Virus record (IMG/VR): IMGVR_UViG_3300020045_000347
Span: 1-28,138 of that record
Direction: 5' to 3' (one strand)
DNA from: a virus
Taxonomy: Duplodnaviria > Caudoviricetes
Length of the DNA: 28,138 nt
Part shown: piece by piece, positions 1-8,234 of the stretch
How the letters are laid out: each line of letters starts with the position of its first letter
How positions within the stretch are numbered: position 1 is the stretch's first letter
The notes under the pieces: generated by a model
Told to the model about the DNA's origin: nothing
Databases searched by the model: none
The model's input: the letters and a program-made list of their open reading frames with translations, nothing else
Made by a program: the position numbers and the translations under genes

Positions 1-3000
1 TTGAGCAGATAATGCACTATCAATCTTGTTAAGGTATGCTAACACGGGTGCTTGGTCTGCTGCAGCTCTAATAGCCGAAGAGAACACACTACCCTTGACG
101 TCATTGTCGGGTAACACGGGTGAGACAGCATCCCAGAAGCGTTGTGTGGTTCCCAGTAAGCCTGTCTGCCCAATATATCTCTGGAATTCCTTCTCTGACT
201 TCAACCACTTAGGCGGTGACTCACCGTACTTGATCATGTCTTTGAGGTACAGAGCGAGCATAGCTAGAGCCATCATCAACGCGATCGAGGTGGCAGCGTT
301 AATCTGATCGACTGACCCTGTCCTACGTAAGTCTTTGAGTAGCCTCGGTATAACCGTTGCAGTGAACGTAGAGGTGTATCCTTGGAACTGAGTAACTAGC
401 TGCAGATAAGGGTCATTGTAAAATGCTGGACGGTTAAGCTTAGACGGATGAACTACTGATTCCAACACAAAAGCATTAGTGCCGTTAGTTATCTCCTGCA
501 TAACAGCAGCATCATAGTCTGGGCTATCCTCGATAGGATTCAGGAACAGATCTACATTCACACCGAGCCTATTAAGGTGCTCTCTGGCCAGCTTAGCTTT
601 GTCACTCTTGGGGTCTGATCTGATTGTGCCAATCCAGTTCTGCATAGCATCAGTGCCAATGGCCAGCCGTGCATATCTCGTTATGTTGGTCACAGAGGTT
701 AGCCCGGTAAGCTTGAAGAAGCCCTCGGTGTACTTCTGGAAGTAACCGCTGATTACGTCCGTACGTGCTGTCATCGCGTTGTCACTTATGTATCCAGCTT
801 TATCGAGGGTCTCCCTGTACTTACTAGTATCAGCTTGACCACCGATAGCTTTGAATATGTGACTCAGTTCAGCACCAGTACCTTTCAAGATAGCCATCGT
901 AGCCTTCATCGATTGTGGTAGAGTTAGGTTACGGTAGACAAGACCGAATTCTACCGTGGATGAAATAGCTGCGAGTGGTAGTGACGTAATCGTTGTCAGG
1001 AAGCTCAAGGTATTTAGTGTGCCACTGATATACGGATTAGTTATCTGGTGATAGGTACCATCACGCATACCAAGCCATTTAACCAACTCACTAGCTTTGA
1101 ATGCTGCTTGCGCTTCAGTGATCTCACCATTAGTAATAGCAGTCTGTAACAAATAGTTTAATTTACTACCATTCTCACCAATGTAGTTCTTGTTGACATA
1201 GATACTGCCAGCTTTAGCCGAGAGGGACTCTACATTACGGTAGAGATCATTGGACAGATATGGGGCGAATGCACCTTTAGTGGTCGGGTTATTCATAACC
1301 TGCTCAATATTATTTTTCAGTGCAGTGTAGTTACTATCTGCATTCAGGACATCGTCCATCACATCGGTGATATCTGTTGCGCCATCATTGTTGATCAATC
1401 TACGCACAATATCATTTGCTTGGGTATCACTAATACCTAGTTTGGATTTTAGTGTTGATACGAATCCAGTTACATCCTGCGCGATAGCTGTTTTATCCAT
1501 CAATTTAGTAGACAAGAAATCGGTTACCTTCATGTTACTGTCGGTTTTCTTGTTGTATGCTGATACCATATTATCAACTCGATCGGCCAACTCATGGATA
1601 GCGTTCAGATTCTTGATAACCGATTCTGGTAGATATTGTTTGGGATCGACCGATGATATATTATCCTTGAGTGAAGTAGAATAGTTATTCGTTTTATGGT
1701 TAGCTAACTGGCTAATATATTCAACAACTCGAGGATCATACATAATCTCGGATACTTCAGACGATTTAATACCATCGAATAACCCGCGTATAGCATCCTT
1801 AGACCCCACCTTGTTCTTCACTTCCAGAGCAGTATTCGACTGTCGGGCTTCGATAGACCCACCAGAGAATACGTTATTAGAGCCTAGTAGGGATCCTAAT
1901 GCAGCAAGTGACCGCCCAGTGTAGTTGTGTTCACCCATGATAGTGTCGGAGAACTTGCCGAACAAAGAAGAGATCCCTTTGTTACCCCACCAAGAACCCG
2001 CCCGGGCAGCAAGCCCATTAGCAGCTAAAGCAGAGGTGTGTAGATTGGCTAGGTCAGATAGGGACTGATCTCTGGTAGTACCTTGGTACACCTTATCAGC
2101 TTCGTCGATCACTTTGATTAGCGAGTCAGTATTACGACCACCCTGTGCTTCCTTCTCACGAAACTTCAGGTCGTCCATATCAGGTGCTCTAGCTGGTAGA
2201 ACGCTTTGGGCTAAGTGTTGACCACCACCAAGCATACCACCAAGAGCTGAACCACCGATGAAAGCGTTAGCAGTTCTAATAGCGAGTGCTTGACGTTCTT
2301 CCGGGTCAGTGGGTAGCGAGATGCCCTTCTTTTCGCCGAAGTAACCCGCTAGTTCCTGCAGTGCTTCCTCCGGGCCTTCGTCCAGAATTCCCTTAACGGT
2401 GGCAACACCTGTCTGTCGGATAGCACCACCCTTAACCGCCTTCATAGCATCAGCCACTTGTGACGTTTGTTGTTTGATACTCTGCATAATAGCATCTTCA
2501 GCCGCTTTACGCTCCATACCACCCGCCATCAACTTCGCAATCACTTTCTCCTGAGTTTTACGTTCAAGGATATTGGTGAATACACCAGTGACACCAAGGG
2601 ATTCAATAGCAGCCTGAGTGATGCCGGATGCCCACGCCCATGCCGCGTCCTTTCCGTCCTTGGGCTGGTTACGCCATGTGTTACCGGCGTAGATCACAGC
2701 GGGGACGGTCAACGAAGCACCCATAGTAGCAGGTGCCGCAAGACCAGCCGCGATAGATACTAAGAACTGCGGCGCAGAGGTTGCTGCGGTACCGACGAGG
2801 TAGTCAGCTACTTGGGTGAAATCATTCAGGTTCCAATCACCCTTCTCATCAAGTGGTGAACCACTACGTAGGTAGGGTAACCCCTCTAAGTCAGCTTGGA
2901 GTGCATCACCTTGTGCTTTGCCATATGTACTAATGAATTCAGAACCGGATACACTACCAATACTATCAAGGGCATCGAATATGCCTTGCTTCATGGTAGT

Positions 3001-3651
3001 GTAGCCTGACTCGAGACCCGTTAGAGCATTCGATCTGGCGTACCCCGTTTTATCCTCACCGTCTTTTACATACGCTGGTCCTGAGAAGTACTGGCTATGA
3101 CCAGCAGAATCCAGAGAAGCGCCGAGCTGTTTGGCATTAGTGGTCTTCACCTTAGCCATCAATGGTTGCCCACCGTATAAGCTATCCATCAAACCACTAA
3201 GCTCTTCCGGATCACCGTTCTTAGCCCGTTCCAGTTCGCCAAACCGTTGTGTAGTTAGCTGCTCACTATTCGGTTTGAATGGTGTAGCGAAGCCATTACT
3301 GAGTACATAGCTGGAGAGTGTCTCGCCGCGTTCGTTGGCAAGATCACCGAGCTCTCGACCATAACGATCTTTTTCTCCTTTAGTTACTGGGATATTGAAC
3401 CCATTAAGTTTGATAGCAGAGTGGATCAGCTTACGTTGCTCTTGAGAACCCGGCATATCACCTGTGATCTTATCTTCAGTGAAGTGCCCCATCTCAGCCG
3501 CGTTAAAGCCGGACAACCGAATTTTACGTCCATCGGACATAGCGGCGGTATCCGCATCAATCAGCCTACCTGAATCAAAAGAGAAATCAGGGGTATCCTC
3601 CACTGGTGCTTTAATCCCCTGTGAAGCTAAATAATCGTCAAATGTACTCAT
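1..3651 (-). CDS. Large internal virion/DNA-ejection protein with N-terminal SNase (thermonuclease)-like domain; 3' end truncated by window
   Basis: Absent from the ORF track. ATG at 3651 with SD AAGGGG; I read the frame by hand and found no stop in 1217 codons. Starts MSTFDDYLASQGIKAPV. Contains RLIDADT...KIRLSGFNAAE...KDRYGRELG...LSSYVLSNGFA, hydrophobic Gly/Ala segments, and EGPEEALQE, FFKLTGL and TQFQGY motifs typical of podovirus ejection proteins. Last gene visible in the ejection cluster. Confidence 0.85.
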   Translation of the reverse strand, partial: MSTFDDYLASQGIKAPVEDTPDFSFDSGRLIDADTAAMSDGRKIRLSGFNAAEMGHFTEDKITGDMPGSQEQRKLIHSAIKLNGFNIPVTKGEKDRYGRELGDLANERGETLSSYVLSNGFATPFKPNSEQLTTQRFGELERAKNGDPEELSGLMDSLYGGQPLMAKVKTTNAKQLGASLDSAGHSQYFSGPAYVKDGEDKTGYARSNALTGLESGYTTMKQGIFDALDSIGSVSGSEFISTYGKAQGDALQADLEGLPYLRSGSPLDEKGDWNLNDFTQVADYLVGTAATSAPQFLVSIAAGLAAPATMGASLTVPAVIYAGNTWRNQPKDGKDAAWAWASGITQAAIESLGVTGVFTNILERKTQEKVIAKLMAGGMERKAAEDAIMQSIKQQTSQVADAMKAVKGGAIRQTGVATVKGILDEGPEEALQELAGYFGEKKGISLPTDPEERQALAIRTANAFIGGSALGGMLGGGQHLAQSVLPARAPDMDDLKFREKEAQGGRNTDSLIKVIDEADKVYQGTTRDQSLSDLANLHTSALAANGLAARAGSWWGNKGISSLFGKFSDTIMGEHNYTGRSLAALGSLLGSNNVFSGGSIEARQSNTALEVKNKVGSKDAIRGLFDGIKSSEVSEIMYDPRVVEYISQLANHKTNNYSTSLKDNISSVDPKQYLPESVIKNLNAIHELADRVDNMVSAYNKKTDSNMKVTDFLSTKLMDKTAIAQDVTGFVSTLKSKLGISDTQANDIVRRLINNDGATDITDVMDDVLNADSNYTALKNNIEQVMNNPTTKGAFAPYLSNDLYRNVESLSAKAGSIYVNKNYIGENGSKLNYLLQTAITNGEITEAQAAFKASELVKWLGMRDGTYHQITNPYISGTLNTLSFLTTITSLPLAAISSTVEFGLVYRNLTLPQSMKATMAILKGTGAELSHIFKAIGGQADTSKYRETLDKAGYISDNAMTARTDVISGYFQKYTEGFFKLTGLTSVTNITRYARLAIGTDAMQNWIGTIRSDPKSDKAKLAREHLNRLGVNVDLFLNPIEDSPDYDAAVMQEITNGTNAFVLESVVHPSKLNRPAFYNDPYLQLVTQFQGYTSTFTATVIPRLLKDLRRTGSVDQINAATSIALMMALAMLALYLKDMIKYGESPPKWLKSEKEFQRYIGQTGLLGTTQRFWDAVSPVLPDNDVKGSVFSSAIRAAADQAPVLAYLNKIDSALSAQ

Positions 3652-3667
3652 CGATACCCCTTATAGT

Positions 3668-6223
3668 TTACTTGCGCTTTGAGTTAATATAACCCTTTAG
3701 TTGGGCTTCCGCAAAGTTATAGAAAGCAGAATTGTCTTTAGAAGCTAGGTAGCGTTTACTCAGATTACCACGATCATCGTCCCAAGCTTTAGCTAGTGTC
3801 TTGAGTTTGTTGTTGATATAATCATCGTCAGCTTTCTTACCTTCTAGGTTAGCTACTGACTTTACCTGATCAACTAACTGCATACGCACAGGTACCGCCA
3901 TTGGCTTACCATCATTACGAATGAACATGTCCTCTTTGATAGCACCCTTAGTGTCCATCTTGATACGAGCTTCTTCGAGGTAAGGTAGAATAGTCTTGGG
4001 TGAATATCCATTGCTATTATCCCGCTTCATATACTCCACAGCAGTAGGTACAAGCAGCCCCATCTGCTGATTAGTGTTCTCGTCATTAGTATCATACCCA
4101 TGCGACTTCATCCAGTTAGCCATCTCAGTAGCGATAACGCTGGATGCTGGGTAAGTATCACGGTTCTGGATGTTACCACGAGAATCTTTAGGTAGGTTCA
4201 TCTTGATGACCTCTTCGGCTGACTTGGCATGGCTATCAATAAGTTGTTGACGATCCTTCGCTAAAGCATTTCGGTTAGTTCCCTGACCATAATCCACTAA
4301 TGCCACTGGTCTGTCTGACCCCGCTGATACAAACTTAGTTAGCTCGTTGTAGTCGCCCCACTGCCCACCGTTGATTCTAAACTGCTGCTTAGTCTCGTTG
4401 GTATACTTATCAGTTAGTGTCCTGACCTCAAATGGATCACCAGCATGAGATCCACTTGTAGGTGTAACATACTTAGTTGATCCAACCTGCTTTAGAGAAG
4501 GTATACGATCTCCGAGGTCTTCACGATTTCCCGTCTCAAGGAATCTCTTTGCCTTGATAGGATCGAACCCATCCTTGATATAGTCTTGTAGTAGTAGTCT
4601 ATTCTCAGATCGGACAGCATTCGTCTCTGAGCGGGCATCGGCTGTTTCAACGGATTGCTTGGTGTCGTACTGTTTCAAGGAATCCATAGCAGCGTATTTC
4701 AAACTACCATTAACAGATCCACCAGTAAGTAGCCCACCAGCACCTAGCAGGGCGAACCTACCGAGCGTCTTCGCATTGATAATACCTTCCTTACCGAAGA
4801 TACCGGAGAGGAACTCGGATAGGAACGATTGGGCTTCCTCTGGTTTACCTGCAGCTGCGATGACCTGGGCTTTCTCTTTAGCTTTATTAATAGCATATTC
4901 GTTATCTCTGGCAATTTCAGCCATACGGAAGTTAACCTGCGCAGACTCAGGTGTCATAGTTGCAACAGGTGGCACTTCCGGTACACTCGCAAGGGCATCG
5001 ATCTGTTTAGGCGGTACCCAGTCTGGCTTGGTTTTCTGTTTCCAAGCATTAAACTCATCTAGCGATGTGATAGTTCCGGATTGTAACGGTGGGGCTGACG
5101 GGACAGGAATACCACCGATAACACCTTGTTTAACGAAAGCTTTAACTGGATCATTCATATATCCGTCCGCAAAAGCAGCTGTTCTTCGGTCTCTTTCAAG
5201 TTCTAGCCCACCCTTATCCGACATACTAGCAGCGCGGGCATATTCAGGAGAATACCAAGGTGCCTTTAAGCCAGGGTCGGTTGGTGTAGTCGGGGATACT
5301 TTCATATTAGCTACATAGCCCTCAATAGCTGGAACATACTTCTGAGTCTCTAGTGGCATCTTTGATAACCAAGCATCACCGGCCTTAGATGCACTATCCA
5401 CGTTACCCGCACCTGCATTGTAAGCTGCCAACGCTTTATCGGTATCACCACCATAGCGGGTAAGCATAGCCCTCATATAGTCATTCTGAAAACGAAGAGC
5501 CTCTTCCTGACTCTGGTTAGCTAACGGTGACACCCCGTAGCCAGGATCGACACCTGTATTTGGCATAATCTGAGCAATACCACGAGCACCTTTAGGGGAT
5601 ACCGCAGAATGATTACCACCAGACTCTTGCCTGATTTGTGCAGCTAAAACCTCATTTAGGTTAGATGGCATAAACCCTTGGCGTTTGTTATACTCGTCTT
5701 GGACACTCTCAGTACCACCCGCATACCCCTTCAGCTTCCTACGAGAACCAACGATAGGAATAGTAGGTAACATATTCTCAGGATCAACCATGCCAGTGCT
5801 TTTCTTAGGAACCTTCGTAGTACCCTTGGCGTATCCGCGACCCTCATTAACAAGAGAGGTAATTACTTCTTTATTCTTTGGGTTCTGCGCTGCAGCTTCA
5901 GGGATGACTGCTTCCCCGGGTGTAAGCATAGCAGGAACAGTGTCACTAGGGCCACCCTCTGGATTACTAAATTCAATATCATCCCTACGTTCTGGAACAG
6001 GATTCAATGGGGGAACAGGTGAATGCATACCTGAATCGGCCAGCTTCTGTTTCTCTTTAATGATCTGATCACGAGTCTTGAATTGGAGACCTAAATTAGC
6101 TTTTGCCTCTGCCTCTTGAACTTTGATCTCCTGAAGCTCTTGCTTACGCTGTTCATCAGCGAGAGCCTTAGATCGATCTAACTGCATCTTCTGCTGTAGT
6201 TTACCTGACAGTGGTGCTACCAT
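3668..6223 (-). CDS. Internal virion/ejection protein with lytic transglycosylase (SLT) domain
   Basis: SLT motifs IRQESGG (catalytic Glu), GARGIAQIMP, ALAAYNAG and ETQKYV at aa ~190-302; hydrophobic segment FALLGAGGLLTGG; SD AAGGAG. Confidence 0.88.
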   Translation of the reverse strand: MVAPLSGKLQQKMQLDRSKALADEQRKQELQEIKVQEAEAKANLGLQFKTRDQIIKEKQKLADSGMHSPVPPLNPVPERRDDIEFSNPEGGPSDTVPAMLTPGEAVIPEAAAQNPKNKEVITSLVNEGRGYAKGTTKVPKKSTGMVDPENMLPTIPIVGSRRKLKGYAGGTESVQDEYNKRQGFMPSNLNEVLAAQIRQESGGNHSAVSPKGARGIAQIMPNTGVDPGYGVSPLANQSQEEALRFQNDYMRAMLTRYGGDTDKALAAYNAGAGNVDSASKAGDAWLSKMPLETQKYVPAIEGYVANMKVSPTTPTDPGLKAPWYSPEYARAASMSDKGGLELERDRRTAAFADGYMNDPVKAFVKQGVIGGIPVPSAPPLQSGTITSLDEFNAWKQKTKPDWVPPKQIDALASVPEVPPVATMTPESAQVNFRMAEIARDNEYAINKAKEKAQVIAAAGKPEEAQSFLSEFLSGIFGKEGIINAKTLGRFALLGAGGLLTGGSVNGSLKYAAMDSLKQYDTKQSVETADARSETNAVRSENRLLLQDYIKDGFDPIKAKRFLETGNREDLGDRIPSLKQVGSTKYVTPTSGSHAGDPFEVRTLTDKYTNETKQQFRINGGQWGDYNELTKFVSAGSDRPVALVDYGQGTNRNALAKDRQQLIDSHAKSAEEVIKMNLPKDSRGNIQNRDTYPASSVIATEMANWMKSHGYDTNDENTNQQMGLLVPTAVEYMKRDNSNGYSPKTILPYLEEARIKMDTKGAIKEDMFIRNDGKPMAVPVRMQLVDQVKSVANLEGKKADDDYINNKLKTLAKAWDDDRGNLSKRYLASKDNSAFYNFAEAQLKGYINSKRK

Positions 6224-6232
6224 ATATTCTCC

Positions 6233-6727
6233 TTAAAACAATTTAATTCCTAGCAGTCTAGCTGCGAGAAGTCCTGCACCTACATAGGGCATTGCTGTGC
6301 CAATGGTGGACGCCACCCCAGCCCCGAGAGGTGCCGCTGAGGCTGCTACTGTAGAAGCATTAGCAATACCAGCGCCAGTAGCCGCGGCTTCGGGTAGCGC
6401 GAGTACACCAGCGCCTTGGGTAAGGGTGCCATCAGCCGCCATCTGCCCACCGTACTGCGCGAGTGGTGCTGAGGAGATACCCAACGCATTGCTGACTCCC
6501 GTAATACCCTCTTCGATATACGGGGAGGCCTTTTTCTCCATAAGGTCAGCCCCTTTATTAATAGTCTTACCAACGATCATTGGTTTAACTACGCTGGTAA
6601 CAATACCCGGCTGGCCCTGCACGACCTCTGCGGGTGTAGCCTGTGCGGGTTGTACCGATGAACCTGATAAAGGTGACGCTACGGGTTGCTGTGAGGCCCA
6701 TGCCCACGGATCTTCCTGGTTATACAT
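6233..6727 (-). CDS. Small internal virion/ejection protein (Ala/Gly-rich, C-terminal hydrophobic helix)
   Basis: Start revised to ATG 6727 (MYNQEDPWAW), which follows the upstream stop as TAA-T-ATG with GGAGAG upstream. C-terminus AMPYVGAGLLAARLLGIKLF. Lies in the ejection cluster. Confidence 0.7.
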   Translation of the reverse strand: MYNQEDPWAWASQQPVASPLSGSSVQPAQATPAEVVQGQPGIVTSVVKPMIVGKTINKGADLMEKKASPYIEEGITGVSNALGISSAPLAQYGGQMAADGTLTQGAGVLALPEAAATGAGIANASTVAASAAPLGAGVASTIGTAMPYVGAGLLAARLLGIKLF

Positions 6728-6728
6728 A

Positions 6729-7142
6729 TTAGCCCTCTCCCGAATTACCGGAATTGCCTGTGCCACTTGGGCCAGGATCACTGCTACCATAGGTGCTACC
6801 ACCCGTACTTAAATCGGTTACAGGTGCCATGTTGGTAGTACCAAAAATACCATTAGGGGTACCACTATAGAAACCAGTATCTGTGTAACCATTATTAACA
6901 AACCCACCACTACCGCCATTCGCAGAACTACTATACAATGCACCAACAGGTGCAGCAGCCACTTGTTGAGCTACTGTATTCATACCAGCTGGAACGAACT
7001 TTGTGTTAATTGCACTAGTACCCTTACCACCAATCGTTGGTACCGCGTTGAACAAATTTTGGAACTGATTCTCGTTAGCCCCAGTCTGTTTAAAAGTAGG
7101 TGCTTGAGCAGCAACTACAGGTTGACCTACAGTGCCTCCCAT
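6729..7142 (-). CDS. Gly-rich hypothetical protein, probable internal virion protein
   Basis: 137 aa; TAATG overlap with the upstream gene; low-complexity G/S/T/N composition. Confidence 0.6.
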   Translation of the reverse strand: MGGTVGQPVVAAQAPTFKQTGANENQFQNLFNAVPTIGGKGTSAINTKFVPAGMNTVAQQVAAAPVGALYSSSANGGSGGFVNNGYTDTGFYSGTPNGIFGTTNMAPVTDLSTGGSTYGSSDPGPSGTGNSGNSGEG

Positions 7143-7810
7143 TATTTACCACCTGACGCAGTTGTTTGCTGACGAGCAGGATTACCGTAGATAGTACTAG
7201 CATATCTTTGAAGAGATTGCCAGGGTGCGTCAAGCTCCTGCTGGGCGATACTTCGCTCTTGATTACCGAGATTAGCCAGACCACTAGCTGTGTTATTAGC
7301 GAGAGAAGAGGATCCACTGACGGATTGCCCAAGGGCTCCTTCAGCAGCCAATCTGTTTTTATACATGGCATCCTCGTAGTTGGCATCTACTGCGGCTAAT
7401 TTAGCTGTAGTATCCGCATTCTGTGAACCTTGCATTACAGCTTGACGTGCTGACCCAAGTGTTCCGGATTGACCGAACCCGGTAGTCAGACCAGCCACAT
7501 TCTTCTGTGCATCGAGTAGTACAGCATTCTTTTGTGCTGCTAACGTTGCCGCTGATGGTGTTGCTGCCATATTACTTAATCGGGATTGCTGATCCGCCAG
7601 GTAGTCCATGCCTTGAGCACCTGATGCACCGATAGCAGTACCACCGGCACCGAAAGCAGCTTGCTGTAGGCCGGATGCGCCAGCTACGTTACCCAGGTCA
7701 CCGGACTGATACATTGTTTCAGCCTGATTACCTACATTCTTCATGTATGGCACTGCCCATTCTGGGATAGACGAAGATGTGGTTGAAGAGCCACCGCCAC
7801 CACTACTCAT
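7142..7810 (-). CDS. DNA pilot/ejection protein
   Basis: N-terminus MSSGGGGSSTTSSSIPEWAVPY, internal GTLGSARQA, C-terminus GGK; A/Q/G-rich; directly follows the GNAT-like gene, as P22 gp7 follows gp14. Confidence 0.7.
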   Translation of the reverse strand: MSSGGGGSSTTSSSIPEWAVPYMKNVGNQAETMYQSGDLGNVAGASGLQQAAFGAGGTAIGASGAQGMDYLADQQSRLSNMAATPSAATLAAQKNAVLLDAQKNVAGLTTGFGQSGTLGSARQAVMQGSQNADTTAKLAAVDANYEDAMYKNRLAAEGALGQSVSGSSSLANNTASGLANLGNQERSIAQQELDAPWQSLQRYASTIYGNPARQQTTASGGK

Positions 7811-8234
7811 TATTCTTCTCCAACATATTTATATCCTTCCGCATAACTGTATAAGCTTCGTAGAAGCCCGGTATTTGTTTTGGTAGCATCTTAGCCCATC
7901 CCTTTCGGCCCCACTGTTCAAGTGCAGAGCAACCATTGTCTTTGGCAAACTTCTCTACAATAGATAGTGGTTCCTGGTTCACAGAGGTTTTATCACCTGT
8001 GAACAGGATAATGTGTAGGGTTCTGTGCTGTGTATAGTTAAGTATCTCAGTAAGACCGACATCTCCATTACCCAACATCCAGCACTGAGCCTGATAGTTA
8101 AGCAACTTCTGTAGATAGTCAGCTAATGTGGATTCATGCTGACCATGATCCATCGCTCTCTGGAACAGCTGTGATATCCTTGGCCAATCAGCAATGATTT
8201 CTTCTCTTGTAAGTAGTTTAATATTTATGCCCAT
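7803..8234 (-). CDS. GNAT-fold acetyltransferase-like virion assembly protein (positional analogue of P22 gp14/T7 gp13)
   Basis: EKFAKDNGCSALEQWGRKGWAKMLP...GF pattern; 143 aa; lies between the tail genes and the ejection genes. Confidence 0.65.
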   Translation of the reverse strand: MGINIKLLTREEIIADWPRISQLFQRAMDHGQHESTLADYLQKLLNYQAQCWMLGNGDVGLTEILNYTQHRTLHIILFTGDKTSVNQEPLSIVEKFAKDNGCSALEQWGRKGWAKMLPKQIPGFYEAYTVMRKDINMLEKNNE

